From Eledone cirrhosa (lineage: Eukaryota): a stretch of 64,000 bases of DNA. The notes under the pieces were generated by a model. The model did not search any database. It was not told the DNA's origin and saw nothing but the letters and a program-made list of their open reading frames with translations. Both the position numbers and the translations under genes were made by a program. The stretch covers positions 236,592,001-236,656,000 of the forward strand of contig OZ024740.1 in assembly GCA_964016885.1 (NCBI GenBank). Direction: 5' to 3'. The stretch's first letter is position 1; the number at the start of each line of letters is the position of its first letter. Below, piece by piece: positions 24,658 to 38,300 of this stretch.

Positions 24658-27600
24658 TATGACACACAAAAATAACCAAAACAAACCAAACTGCAAACAC
24701 AGTCCCACCCAACCACTCCCCACCTAAAACAACTCCAAAAACACCCACAAGCACAACAGCTCCCCAAAACGTACCACTCCCCAATCAAACAGACACCACA
24801 ACGGATAAAGCCCCCCCCCCCCCCCCCGTCATCACTCAGTGATGATGAGGGAGAACCCCTCCGCTCAAAAAAATAGAAAAAAGACATAACACAAACAAAA
24901 AGGCAACAAACACACAACCACCAACACAAACAACACAAACATTACAAACAAAAATCCCCCCTCCTGAAAACAAAACAATGACAACACTCCAAACACAAAT
25001 ACCCACAACAAAACAAAAACACACACAAGAACAACAGACAAAAACTAACACAACACAACAAAAATATTATACATACATAAACACTGACAATAAAACCTTG
25101 ATGGAGGTCATCTCCAAAAACCCTTCCGTGGAAACCGAAGGAAAATATTTTACCAAATGTAAAGACAAACCTAATTTAAGAATGATTAGGGTCCCTACGG
25201 ACACCTATAAGTCCTTAAAGGAAAACTTTGCTGAGGACGTGGGGAATATGTGTGTTAAACCAACGAACCGCGTCCTCTTGAAACGTTTCAACCATCCCCA
25301 CCCCCACCGCCACCCCACCAGACACCCCCTCCCCACCAAACATCTCCGTCCCCATCCCGCCAGGAACCACCACCCTACCAAACAACCCTCCAATACCCCC
25401 ATGGACATTGTGCAGCCTGGTCTCCAGGAAGCGAGGAGGTAAGTGAATTCTTAACTCTTCTTTTCTAACTCTTCCTCACCAACATGGCCAATATAAGAGT
25501 CGGATGTGTGAATGTGCACGGTCTGGGGATGCCCTGGAAACAGGGCAAACTCTTAAACGACCTCAGCTCACACAGTATGGATGTAATTGCTATCTGCGAG
25601 TCCAGGATCCACAGCGAGCGACAGCTGGCTCCCATCTTCGATGACTATGAGATCTATACATCTCTATGTCAGCCGGGAGGTGGAGGCGGGGTTAGCGTTT
25701 TGCTGAGGAAACACCTGGGCCTCGTAACACAGATGGTACATCTGGACCCGGAGGGTCGATTGGTGGTCCTAGACGTTGACAGTAGTGAAGGTGGAGCCTT
25801 CAGGCTGGTGGTCGCATATGCCCCATCCAGGACTCCGCGGCCAGACTTCCTCAAACGTCTAGAGACTTTTCTGGGAACGTCCCGCTCCTTGCTTTTAGTG
25901 GGGGACTGGAATGGAATCCTAGATGCACGTTGGGACTATGTGGGAGCATGTCCCGATAAAGGGGGGGGGGGGGTGTAACAGCCTCAAACAGTTAATCGGC
26001 CGATTTGACCTGGCCAATAGATATCGACTAGATTTTCTGACTGTGCCACTGTGGATGTGAACTAATCGCAGCGGAACATCTAGATCGTACCTTGATAGGG
26101 TTCTAGTTAGAAATAAGGATAGGGATATGTTAAGCTGTCCACAAATGTTCATGGTTGCCTATTCAGATCACAAACTAGTGACCTGCATGGTCAACCTTGA
26201 TAGAACCCATAGACAAGGACCCGGCTACTGGAAGCTAAACTTGTCATTACCAACATGCAAAGCCTACAGTAGACGGATTAGCACTTTAGTTAAACAGCAC
26301 TTGACAGGGGCCATTGTCAACAACAGATGGTGGTATTCTCTCAAAAGGGCAGTTAGATTAGACTTGTTAGTTTTTAGTAAAGAATTAGCGTCAGACAGAA
26401 AAAGGACCGAGAAGGAACTGGTAGATAAAGTAGAAGAGGCAATTAGAAGTGGCAACGTAACCAGCGTGCTAGCAACGAGAACGGCTTTGGACCAGTTCTT
26501 TGACGCAAAGCACGAGAGCTGCATTGTCAGAAGCAAAATATGTGCTCTGTGTAACGAGGGAGCCAAAGCTGTTAGCTGAACCCGGGTGACAGAGGCGAAA
26601 AGTGGCAACAAGTCCACGATTTGGTCTTTGAAGGACCAAGACGGACACGTGATACATGAGCCAAAGTAGATGTGCGCGGCCTTCCAGCAGCACCTTGCTC
26701 AGATGTTCGGGCAGGGCGGCGCGCCGGGAGGGGCTATGGATCTCGGTCCATACCTCAACGGCCTACCGCGACTCTCGGACAGTGAGGCAAAGTTCTGCAA
26801 AAAGCCGATTTCGGCCGCTGAGATAGGGGACGCGCTGAGCCAATGCGGCAAACGCAAATCTCCAGGTCTCAACAGTCTACCCTACGAATTTTACGTAGCA
26901 ATGCCGGACTTATTCTCTGTTCTCCTGGAAGCGGTCTACTGCAACTGGCAGCAGAACGGGAGAATTCCCAGTTCTGTGACCAGGGGCGTAGTCATGCTAG
27001 TCAGGAAGGACGAGAATAAGGGGGAGAACATAGGCTACTTCCGGCCCATAACTCTGCTAAACACAGAGTTACAGATTTTGGCCAAGGTGTTGGCAAAGAG
27101 GCTGGCGCTTGTCGTCAAAAACCTGGTGGGAGAAGCGCAGACATGCGCAATCCCGACCAGGTCCATACACGACAACCTCCACCTCATGCGATACATCATA
27201 GAGAGGGTTAGGTGTAAACCCGGCTTCGGTGGTGCCCTGATCAACTTGGATCAGTCTAAGGCTTTCGATAGGGTTGACCATCGTTACCTGGATGCGGTGC
27301 TCGAGGCGGCAGGCTTCAGACGCGTGTTCAGGGGCTGGATTGCTGCAATGCACAGCAGCAACATCTGCTCAAGGTCAAGGTGAACGGCTACCTCTCGGAG
27401 CCATTCCATATCACGCGATCCATCTGACAGGGATGCCCTCTCTCCTCCCTTCTGTACGTACTGACACTCGAGCCACTACTGCCGAAGTTGGAGCTATTGC
27501 AGGGCATCCCTCTGGAACCGGGACTGCGGAAAGCGGCGTCGGCCTACGCCGATGACGTCACAGTAATGGTGTCGAGCATCTCGCAAATCGAGGAAGTCGG

Positions 27601-29167
27601 CACCCTACTGAAGGAATACGAAAGATTCACAGGAGCGAAGCTGAACCGGGACAAGTCCATTGGTTTGCAACTCGGATCGTGGAGAGGCAAACCGATGCCT
27701 TCCGATGGCGTCGTCGGACGCTGGACGGAAGGACCGGTGAAGCTGCTCGGGGTCTGGTTTGGTCCGGACCTCCAGGTGGGGAAGAACTGGAACGAGGTGA
27801 CGGCCAAGGTGTTTGCACTCACCCAGAAGTGGGCCGAGTGCAAACTATCCTTGAAAGGTCAAGCGGAGGTGGCGAACACTTTTATAGTGTCCGTCATCTA
27901 CTACCGCTTGACCGTCATGCCTTGTCCAGCCAAAATGCTCACCAAAATGGAGCGTGCACTCTTCCAATTCCTTTGGAAGAAGCGGGCTCCTTTGGTGAGA
28001 AGATCCATCTGCTGCCAACACCTTTCCAACAGAGGGCTGAGGATACCGTGGCTGACAATGCGCAATCACGCGCTCAGGCTGCGGCATCTCCACGTATTTC
28101 TCACCGGACAACCAGTGTGGGCCCCGTTCGTGAGGCGAGCCTTCCCACGACTCGTCTCGCTGACCGAGCTGCAGTCCTGGGTCAAGCAAAGACCGAGGAA
28201 AATGGGCGACTGGCACATCGAATGTGTTCAGGCACTCACAGCCCTCTGGCAGGCGGACCCGGCGATCAGTGGAGACTCCACTTCGTCATTCTATAGAGGG
28301 TTGGTCCGTAGCAAGTGCGACGATGCGGTTGGAGAAACTCTAGGCGTAGAGGAAGATGAACTGGCCAGTCTATTCGGTAGAACCTTCTGCCCGGGACCGA
28401 TAGACAATTTCCAAAAGTCCCTGGCCTGGCAGTGTTACCGAGGAGCTCTACCAGTTCAAGACAAGCTCTACAGACATGTGCACTCGGGCAGGGACCCTTC
28501 GAAAAAGATCTGTCCGAGATGCGTGCAAGACAAAGAAACCGTCGTGCACGCATCGTACACTGCCCGGGCGTTACCGACCTGTGGGGCTATGTAGAACGAC
28601 TATTGTCACGGGTAGGACCAATCCGGTTGACCACCAAGTCCATTGTCAAGATCAAACCACCACCCTCCTTCAAAAACGAAGGAGAGGCGGTTTTCCTTTG
28701 TGTGATAGCTATGGCGAAAGAGGTTGTATGGTGGACGAGGTTAAAAGGGCTGAGGTCAGACACCTTTCTCTCCAGCCAACAGCTGATTCTTTTTTTCAAA
28801 TACCACTTTGGAAGAAGAATCAGGATGGAGAGAGAGGTGCTGTACCCCAGCAAGTTTTATGAAAGGTGGGTGAAAGTGGCGAGAATGGCCCAAGTGAATG
28901 GGCCTTCTCTCTATATCAACCTGTAGGTTGAGGAAAAAGAGGAAGAGAGGAAAGGGGTACTCACTCTTCGTACTCCTGGAGATGAGGGTTGCACATTTTT
29001 TCGGGGGTATGTGTTACCCATATGTAATGTCTCCCCCTATTGGGAAAAATCGATTAATTTTTAAATTGCATTTGTGATAGTATTTTACACATTTTTATTG
29101 TATGTAAACTTCCCCCTTTGTATTTGTCCCCTTCTTTTGTGCCCCTGTGGCTAATAAAGAAACATAT
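24658..29167 (+). mobile_element. L1/Tx1-clade LINE with complete but disrupted ORF2
   Basis: A/C-rich 5' region, ORF2 remnants, AATAAA at about 29153, probable target site duplication (TSD) ctatagaaa at 24649-24657 and 29168-29176. Confidence 0.88.
25484..28926 (+). pseudogene. LINE ORF2: APE endonuclease, RT, C-terminal zinc knuckle
   Basis: VGCVNVHGL, DVIAICES, LVGDWNG, SYLDRV, SDHKLV, GPGYWKLN, KSPGLNSLPYEFY, FRPITLLN, LDQSKAFDRVDH, AYADDV, CPRC..ETVVH; several frameshifts and stops. Confidence 0.9.
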
Positions 29168-29249
29168 CTATAGAAAAGAGAAACATGATCCTAACCTCAA
29201 ACTAAAGGTCTTGTTGATTGTGTAAAACAATAAAAAAAAAAAACAACCA

Positions 29250-30255
29250 TCATCATCATCATTTAATGTCCATCTTCTACTTTAGCATAAGTTAGATGGG
29301 TTTGTCCCATTTGAGGCAAGTTTTGTCAGGAGACCATGTCTCGCCCGTATAGGACTGTTTTTGGCTGGTTTTCTATGGCTGGATGCCCTTCCTAACGCCA
29401 ACCACATTTACAGTATGGACTGGGTGCTTTTTGCCATGTCTCCTACATGACCATTTTACAGTGTGGACTGGGTGCTTTATGTTGTGACACCTACACGACC
29501 ACTTTACAGTGTGAGCTGAATGTTTTGTGGTACCAACAGAGTAAGGGTGGTATGGGCGGAAGTGGGAGGAAGTTGTGTGGGGTGTGGATGTAGGGTTTAT
29601 ATTGGATTAAGAGGTGCCTACAAGGTGGGTCTTTTGTATTACTGCATAGCGCCAAAGATCTCGATCCTGTGTCATTGTCTTAGAGAGGTATAAGTGTGCA
29701 AGGTCAACTTTTATCACTTCGTCCATCAATTTTGAGCTGTCTCAAAATGTTTTTAGAGAGGAAACACCAGTATCCCCAGCAGTAGTAATTTAGGGAGCGT
29801 GTATACCTTTTTATTGTTATTGTTCATTTACTTTGTTTACTGGATTCACAAAATAGATTTTACAATACAAATAATTTTAAAAGATAATCATTACAATAAA
29901 TAAGGTGGTCATGTTGGTGACATGAGAAAAAAAAATAGTCCACTCTGTAAGATAGTTGTGCTAGTGATAAAACAAAAACAAAGCTCCACTCTATAAGGTG
30001 GTCATGCTGGTGACATGACAAAAAGCACCCAATTCACCCTGTAAGGTGGTCATTATGGTGCCACAATAGAAACCACCCAGTCCACGCTGTAATGTGGTTG
30101 CATTAGGAAGGGCATCCAGCCATAGAAACCAAGCCAAAATACAAATCTGTATAAATAAAACATGGTCACCTGAGCTGACTTGTTTCATAATATGACAACC
30201 TGTCTAATCCATACAAGTGTGGGAAAATGAATGTTTAATGATGATGATAATGATG
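29250..30255. mobile_element. Two RTE-tail SINE / RTE 3' fragments in opposite orientations
   Basis: ggctggatgcccttcctaacgccaacc at about 29378 (-) and ggaagggcatccagcc at about 30106 (+), (ATC)n/(GAT)n tails, variable subrepeats. Confidence 0.7.
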
Positions 30256-31325
30256 TGTTTATGGCAGTAAGATGGGATACATTAATGTACAGGGATCGTG
30301 TGGATCTGATTAATTATGCAAATTAACTAAGATTAGAAACAACAATGATTAGTTCAGTTTAAATTAATCATTTCTCAAACCACAAGGATCTCTAAGGCCA
30401 CTACTTCACTCTAGTTTTTGTAACTATAAATTTATGATAGTGAAATCTTTTTTCTTGGATAGATGAACTGTAGGTTCCTTATCCAGAAAATACTAATATC
30501 TGTTCCCCATAATTATGAAATACTATATAGGGATACAGTGGCACACCTGCAGTAAATTTAACTTAATGATTAATAAGCTAGCTGTCTAATATTTTAGTCT
30601 GTTGAGGGATTTATATGTGTAATGTCTTCTTCACACCTTTACATAAAAGAAAACAAAACCTCTGTTTTCACTTATCAAGACCTGACATAAAATTATAATG
30701 GAAGGTTTTTAGATAACTATAAACACTTTAGAATAAATAATTTTGCATCATAGAATTAGGGGCAATTTCAGGTGGTTTGGTATCAAAAAGGTTAATAGAA
30801 ATTTAATACTTTTTTCTCTTGGCCTGAACTAAACAATATTTTTTAGTTAGCATTTTTTTTAAAATTAGAATAACTTCAGTTACAATAACATAGTTCAATA
30901 AAGATACATTAAAACTAGTTTTATAATCACTATGAAAATAAATAATTTAAAGTTAGAAAGCCTTATTCCAACAAGTAGATTATATAGAGGTGTGGTGAAC
31001 ATTTGATTATTATTGTTTAGTCATAAGTCAGGCTTTATCAACAAACTTACAAAAGTTTTTTAACTGTGACCATCCCATTATTTGGGGATATTTTTCCAAG
31101 GCTTATTGTATCCCAGACTACAGTATGCAATGCGTCACTCCTTTTTTTAAAATGGTAAGTAGGTAGTTTGAGAAAGATTTGGCTGCTGTTTCTAGCAAGT
31201 ATACAGACTACACAGAGGCTACCCCTACTGATGGACAATTTGATATATACAACCTGAAGTTAAAGATTAGGAAAAATATCCATTTAAAAAAATAAAACAG
31301 CCATATTTGGCAGAATTCTCTCACC

Positions 31326-32078
31326 TATAACGGTGGCGAAGATTCGAAACCGAATCTGAGCTTTCCCACCTCTGGGACAAGCCGTGGTTAGTTGATTACG
31401 CCCGACAGACCAACCCCTTGGGTGATGTTAACTACAGGTCAGATGTTTACGCCTGGCAGAAAAGAGGTCAGATGATATAGCCATCCTTCTAACTTCAACC
31501 ATTATAAATACAAGGGTTGTTAACGCCCGGCAGACCAACCCCTTGGAGATGCTAACCACAGGTCAGATGATATATCTATCCTTCTAACTTCAACCCTTAT
31601 AAATACAAGGGTTGTTTACACCCGGCAGAAAAAGTGAGACCACAGACAAGACAGGACGTATTTCACCAACGCTGTCAAATCTTTCTTCACGAAAAACGTC
31701 TGTCCACTAATTTCTCACACGCCTTTCCCGCCTGGCTGAGTGATTACTACTACTGCTAAAACAAAAAAGTATACTAATACGCACACACGCAGACATAGTA
31801 AGTTCACACTGCTTGCATTTTTACACGCATCATTTCTGTCTGTCATATTGTATCTTTCAGATACAATACAAATTATATTATATCATATTCTGTGATACTT
31901 GTATTTATGTGGCTCAAGGAGCCACCAACTCATTGTACGAATATTTCATGTTATAGATTTTATCATTCAATGTACAAAGTGAATATTGTTATAATAAAAT
32001 AAACATTGTAACAACACAATCCTGGTATTATTCTTTACATTGAAACCATCATACCAACAATTCCACTTATTCATTACA
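31326..32078 (+). mobile_element. Solo LTR (about 753 bp) with internal tandem duplication
   Basis: 4-bp TSD cacc (31322-31325, 32079-32082), ends tataacgg..tcattaca, TATAAATA twice, AATAAA near 31992, duplicated unit of about 100-120 bp at 31395-31630. Confidence 0.7.
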
Positions 32079-33089
32079 CACCTCAGAGCTTTCAACCACT
32101 ATAGAGCTTTCAACCACTATACTATACCCTCTCTATCTCTTCCACAACTATTAGAACAGTCTCTGTTCCTCATCTTGTCATTATCAGTTCCTACACTAAT
32201 AACTTGGGTGCCTTTAGCAGAGTCCACTATATTGCTAACACTTAGATCGTGACTGCAGCTTCAGGATACTTTCTTCATTTCCTCCCACCAGTCTCAGAGG
32301 CCCTGAAGAGTTATGGGCCCTGCACTCCTTCTTAAAGTAATAAAAAACATAACATATTCTTCAATTCAAACTGAACATTTCTCAGTCTAGGTGTTCCAGG
32401 AAAGTCTACAGGCAGTGACCATTCTCCTGGGACTAAACTAAATTATTTTTCATTTTTCCTGCACTCTCCCCATTCCCTTTGACCTATTTTCTATGTACTT
32501 TTCAAAGTTTAGTGTATGACCAGATATACCCTTCTCCTTGCCATTAGACCAATTTTTTTTTCTTTTTGTTAATTAGTGTCAGCACTTTTAAATCACTTCA
32601 CAATCTCCATTGAAATCAACTTTACAACATCCCCTGTATGGCTGTGTGCCTTCCTTTCCAAAGCTAATTCTATGCTAATTAAATTTATCGGAAATCACTT
32701 CTTATGCAAACAAATTTATCTTATTTTATAAGTTTCATTAACGGTTTTGTTTTGTTGTTTTTTTGTCATCAAAGACCAACACTGGTTTTATCAGACTCTA
32801 GTGTTTTACATTAGTTAATTCTATGCTAATCTGAAGATATTTGGTTTCTGAAGCCACACTAATAGTAAAATAGTAATCCATACATCCATTCATCCATCTC
32901 TCTCTCCCTATATATATGTGTGTGTGTGTGTAGAGAGAGAGTGTGTGTGTGTGAGAAGGGGAAGGAGGATTAGAGAGAAAGAGCTAGAAAATATTGCTCT
33001 ACAATATTTTTAAAGCAATTATATGCCAGTATTTAACGTGAAACATTTCCAGGATTATTTACTTCAAAATATGAGATAATTCAACAGTC

Positions 33090-33459
33090 TGTAGCGGTTG
33101 TCTCCCTTGTTTTGATTAGGATCTAGACGGGAAGTGGAACCCTTTCTGCGACTTCCGGTCAGAGCCCTATAAAACTAACAACGTTAAGCTTCCTTTCTCT
33201 CTCTTTGCCTTTTCGGCACCAGGTCAAGAGTCTTCTCATTTGGCTCTGCCATTAATTTGGCCAACAGGCGCCTGGCCTTAGCCAGGCGCCCTCTGCCAGC
33301 CGCGTTTGCCTGGCAATCAAAACGGTAACTACTAACTTTGTTTCATTCTAACATCTATCTTTGACATGTCAAGTATTCTATCTACCGTTAATTAAATATT
33401 ATATACACAAACATTGTCTCGTTTTGTTACATTCATACAATCCCAGTATCTCCGCTATA
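33090..33459 (+). repeat. 5' LTR
   Basis: tgtagcgg..ccgctata termini, TATAAAA at about 33168, hairpin ggcgcctggc/gccaggcgcc. Confidence 0.93.
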
Positions 33460-33460
33460 T

Positions 33461-33492
33461 TGGTGACCCCGACGTGATACGAACACGCAGCC
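33461..33492 (+). other. Primer binding site for tRNA-Trp, extended
   Basis: TGGTGACCCCGACGTGAT matches the complement of the metazoan tRNA-Trp 3' end; complementarity resumes with CGAACACGCAGCC. Confidence 0.85.
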
Positions 33493-34736
33493 GTTCATCG
33501 CTATAAGTGGTCACCCCCAAAAAAAGAAAAAAATAGCACATCTGGTTGTGTGAGTAACATTACGAATACACAGCAAATTTAGCGACAAACTATGAAAATA
33601 CTCAAGGACACGCACACACGCACATGTGGAATTCGCACAGACATACTTTTTCTCTCACGCATCAATTAACTGTCGCATTTCACCAATATATATATATATG
33701 TTTCTCGTTTCTTACAACGAACACTTTCAAAACACAAAAAAAAAAAAAAAGAAATTTGATATTCTTTAAAAAACATTTCAACAGGAACATTTATTTTCGA
33801 TGAACCATTGCCTTTTGTTCATCGTTTTTTGTTTTTTTCCAAAGTTCACACCTATAATTATGCTGATTGAAGCCTTTCTTTTTTATCATTGTCACTTTCA
33901 AAATTGCACTATCATTTTCTCGCGCGTTAGAAATATTTTTTTTCAACCTTGTATTGGCACGTGTAGGCAGCATAAATTCTCGATTCACTGAGATGTCTCT
34001 TCTCACAGACAGCCGCACGCCAGAGATAGCATTTCTCCCCCAAGGATTCTTCAGCCTTAAGCTATATTCTTCTATTTGCCGGTTTATAAATTTACAATGT
34101 AAATTTACCGTTGATAACCGCGCATTTATTAAGAATGCTTATTTCTCTGGTCGCTGGCCTCTTGACCCTTCCAGGTCAACGCATTCTCAACATCGACCAT
34201 CAACTTCGGCTGCTATTTCTAGCACTTTGCGCAACTCATTTTTTTTACTGTGAATTTAAACACCGAATACGCTCACTCAGCGAGACAACAGCAGCAGCAA
34301 CAGCAATATAACAGCAACAGCAATACATCAACACAGCTTCACCAAAGCCAGAGAATTTATTTTTGCAGCACTCTTCCTGTGAGAAAATCCATTCGGAGGT
34401 TGGAAATTTCACGATATACCACAGAACAGAAACCACCTGCATTCATTCTCTGGAACACACTTTCTTTCCTGCTGTCATGTGATTGCACACCTGTGAACTA
34501 TATTTTGAACTTTGAGCTCTTCTATTACTTTTACTTTATTACATTGTATCTTTGGGTGATGGATAGATGGATGTCCAGTCGTTCTCTGGCCAAGAGCGGT
34601 TGGCTACCTTGATATCTATCATTGATCTTTCCAGACATTCTTTTGTCGTAATTTTCATGCCTGTTACAACATTCTCGCCAACTTGCTACATATTTTCATT
34701 TCGATTTTTATACACTAAAATTCTGGCGGGAGGTTA

Positions 34737-35106
34737 TGTAGCGGTTGTCTCCCTTGTTTTGATTAGGATCTAGACGGGAAGTGGAACCCTTTCTGCGACT
34801 TCCGGTCAGAGCCCTATAAAACTAACAACGTTAAGCTTCCTTTCTCTCTCTTTGCCTTTTCGGCACCAGGTCAAGAGTCTTCTCATTTGGCTCTGCCATT
34901 AATTTGGCCAACAGGCGCCTGGCCTTAGCCAGGCGCCCTCTGCCAGCCGCGTTTGCCTGGCAATCAAAACGGTAACTACTAACTTTGTTTCATTCTAACA
35001 TCTATCTTTGACATGTCAAGTATTCTATCTACCGTTAATTAAATATTATATACACAAACATTGTCTCGTTTTGTTACATTCATACAATCCCAGTATCTCC
35101 GCTATA
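34737..35106 (+). repeat. 3' LTR
   Basis: Direct repeat of 33090-33459. Confidence 0.93.
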
Positions 35107-35942
35107 AGTCTAAGAAATTAAGAAATTGCAGCAACCAAATTCTTGGGGAGAATGACATTAACAAAGGTAGTTTTAATTTTGGTTTAGTTTTGTTTTATAT
35201 TTATTTCCCCTGCTTTTATGCATAGAATGTTTTAGTTAAAGTGACTTGGTTTGCTAACCCTTCACTGTGAAATAAGTATAAGTGGAACCCCATATTTTTT
35301 TCATTTGTCATGTAAACTAAAGCAAGTAAGATTATATGCATTACACAAGAGTACATCATTATCACTATTACCATCACGACCACTACTACCCCTGACATCA
35401 CTACCAAGATGACCACGACCACCATCACCATCATTGTGATTAAAAATCCACTTTCTATGCTGGTAGGGGTTGGAAAGGTCATCATATTCCAACACTAGAC
35501 AAGTCAAATAAGCATGTCTTGTTTATGCATTCCATTTTTGCATGGTTTCAATAGTTGGATGTCCTTCCTAATACCAACCACAATATACAGTGTGCATTTT
35601 ATCATGGCACCAGCACTAGGGGGACCCTTATTTCCTCAGCAGGACTAAAGGATTCTCTCAACCTTGCATTATCATCAATCACTTTACAGAGTGCAGTGTG
35701 TAAATTTCATCAAAGCACCAATCCTATAGAGGTTGTCGTGTATCTAACAAAACTAAAAAGTACTAGCTGCCCTAAGTTGTCTGTTAATTCAAGGCAATAT
35801 GACCAAGAGGGTGTAACTTCATCATTTTCTTTTTATAGTGAAGCTAAACATGTATGTTATTAACTCTTTTGATACCAACTTTCCCAAAACCAGTTCTTGT
35901 TCTATGAAACCAAACCACCCATTTTAAAGGATTCTTATTTAA

Positions 35943-36150
35943 CCCTTTAGCATTTACATTACTCTATATTTACTATTGTATTTTCACAGTAAACATTTTA
36001 TCTCACATAATATCGAATCTATGAGATTTTGATATTATTTCTTTTGAGAACAATACATTAATATCAGTATGAGTGGCCAGTTACAGCCGCTTTAACCAGA
36101 AAGAGGTGAGAGAATTCTGGTCGGATATGGCCGGTTTAAATGCTAAAGGG
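35943..36150. mobile_element. piggyBac-type MITE
   Basis: TTAA on both sides, TIR ccctttagcattta / taaatgctaaaggg; second copy at 58970-59168. Confidence 0.82.
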
Positions 36151-36589
36151 TTAAGCTAAAATCTTCCAACAGAATTTATATAAGAACCATATTTTAAGTT
36201 ATTATCTTAATAATGAAATAATAAATAATTTTAGTAAATCTCTCCAAATTAATTTATTTCATTAATTAATTTCATAAGAAACAGTCACAAAAGGGTTTTA
36301 TAAAGGTATATCTTACACTTTAAGTAATTATGTTGTGTGCTATACTATGAGTTAATATACATTTATGTATATGTGTGTATGAATGAATGTGTGTAGGAGA
36401 GTGTTGTCATACCTAATCCTGTTTACCTTATCTATGCTAAACATTCATAACATAAAGAAGAGTTTAGCATTTATATGGATTTGTATTAAAAAGATTGACT
36501 GATAGCTAGACAGACAAACAGAGACATGGATAAAATAAAGAGATTCCATAAAAATACATATAAACATCTTCTTTGCCCACTTATTCCTG

Positions 36590-38300
36590 AAAGGGCCATG
36601 GCGCTGAGTCCTCAAACATGCCTTCCAGCAGTTCTTGTCAGAAGCATCTGCCTCCAAATGATCTGGCTAGATCCCGAAGCAAAACCAGCAGAGCTCATGG
36701 ATTTTATCTAACCATCTTGCTTGGAGTTCACCCCTGGGTCATCTGACATTTGATTTTTGCCTGTAAAATCTGTCCAGCGATTCTTTCTTAAGGCATTCTA
36801 ACCACATGCCAATCGTACCAGAGCTGTGATCTCTCAATTTAGGGAAGTAGCAGCTCTACCTGGAGTGACTCGATAATCCCCAAGCTACACACTCTATTGA
36901 GTAACATTACTCCAAAGTCCTTGTGGAAGAGCCCCATTTCAGCTGCTTGTATTCATGATCATATTCTTTCAGTTATTACCCAAAACTTATGACCATAGGT
37001 AAGGGTTCATATGAATACTGAATTGAAGATAGTAAGTTTGGGTTTTACATTCAGTCATCAGATGAAGGGCAGTAGGTGTAAAAGCCAAACTTGCTATCTT
37101 CAATTTAGTATTCATATAAACCCTTAACTATGGACATTTGAAGATAGTGAGTTTGGCTTTTACACCTACATCCCTTCTTCTGATGACTGAGTGCTGAAGC
37201 TGGTGCATTACTGCATTCTTGCATTAAATTTAGTCTCCTGCCTTCATTCACTCGTAAGTCTGGTGAGATATGGAAAAGAGATACCAGCTGGTCTGAACAC
37301 ACTGTACCCACAATAGCTGACAATGCTATGGGAAAACTGAATAAGAACAACCTGCCATCCCCTATACATCATCATAAACTGAAATCAAGGTACAAATAGT
37401 TATCCTTAAATGTTTATGCAACAAGATACATCTTTTTAATTCTTACATCAAAAGTCAACCCCAATTTCATTACAGTCACAGAAACATGGGCACATTCTTT
37501 ACTCTGTGATGGGGTTTTTAGCATCGCTGGCTACAACTTGTTTCGCAAAGACCACATCACTTTCGGAAACATTTTTTCCCATTCAGAGTTGCTGAAGCAT
37601 GGAAGAAACTACCTGCATTGGTTGTTAGCTATTGGGACACTGCATCCTTCAAAACCTCCATGCTTCCTGAAATTCTCCAACACTACACCTGATATTCCAC
37701 CTCTGTACACACGCATGTATCTGTGTGTATATCATGACTCATACAGTTCACTTTCCTGACATCTATTAAGTGCATGTCAGGAATCACCTTCTGACAAGTT
37801 AAGTTTACCATGTTGACCACAAATTCCATCCAACTCATCCTACTCCCACGAGTCTTGATACCACTTCCAACCATGCTACACATGTCAATCCTATCCATGA
37901 TTATGAATAGGAAGAGGCTCCAGTATACACCCTTAGTTGAGTCCAACACCCACATTGAATGGTTTCAAATTAGTACCATTTATCCAAACATAAATACTAG
38001 GGCATTTGTATAGAGACATCAGAGCAACATCGATCCCATACTCCTGCAAAACCTTCCACAATAGGTCCCATGGAATATAATCATATGCCCTTTCAAAGGC
38101 CATGAAACAAGCAATACACCTGTTGGCAATACAACCTTGATTTCTCAAAGACCTGTCACAGTGTGAATAGTTGGTCAACTGTGCAGCATCTGCGATAAAA
38201 ACCATACTGTTCTTCAGCTAGCATGGACTCGACAATATCCCTACATCTCTTTGCCAGACACTTAGCACAGACTTTACCAAAGAGGTTTAACAAGGAGATT
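36590..38300 (-). mobile_element. Degenerate Rex3/Expander-like RTE fragment interrupted by a CR1 piece
   Basis: Reverse complement resembles 5290-6460 (ISLLNLFGKVCAKCLAKRCR, IPWDLLWKVLQEYGID, QAAEMG). Confidence 0.78.
37200..37765 (+). mobile_element. Internally deleted CR1 fragment (endonuclease start joined to 3' end)
   Basis: SLNV..CNK, TVTETWAH..DGVFSIAGYNLFRKD; 37200-37450 resembles 39860-40145 and 37555-37762 resembles 46050-46245. Confidence 0.72.

Larger units (their letters stand above)
33090..35106 (+). mobile_element. Non-autonomous LTR retroelement (TRIM-like; the 4-bp TSD suggests a Gypsy partner)
   Basis: Apparently identical 370-bp LTRs, TSD agtc on both sides, PBS at 33461, purine tract ggcgggagg before the 3' LTR, about 1.28 kb internal region with no gag/pol motif seen. 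Confidence 0.93.

Noticed and set aside
33090-33459. LTR element as a plant-type retrozyme
   Set aside because: No CUGANGA or variant core with GAAA found on either strand of the LTR
37175-37195. CTGATGA word
   Set aside because: Lies within RTE coding remnant, with no downstream GAAA/stem architecture
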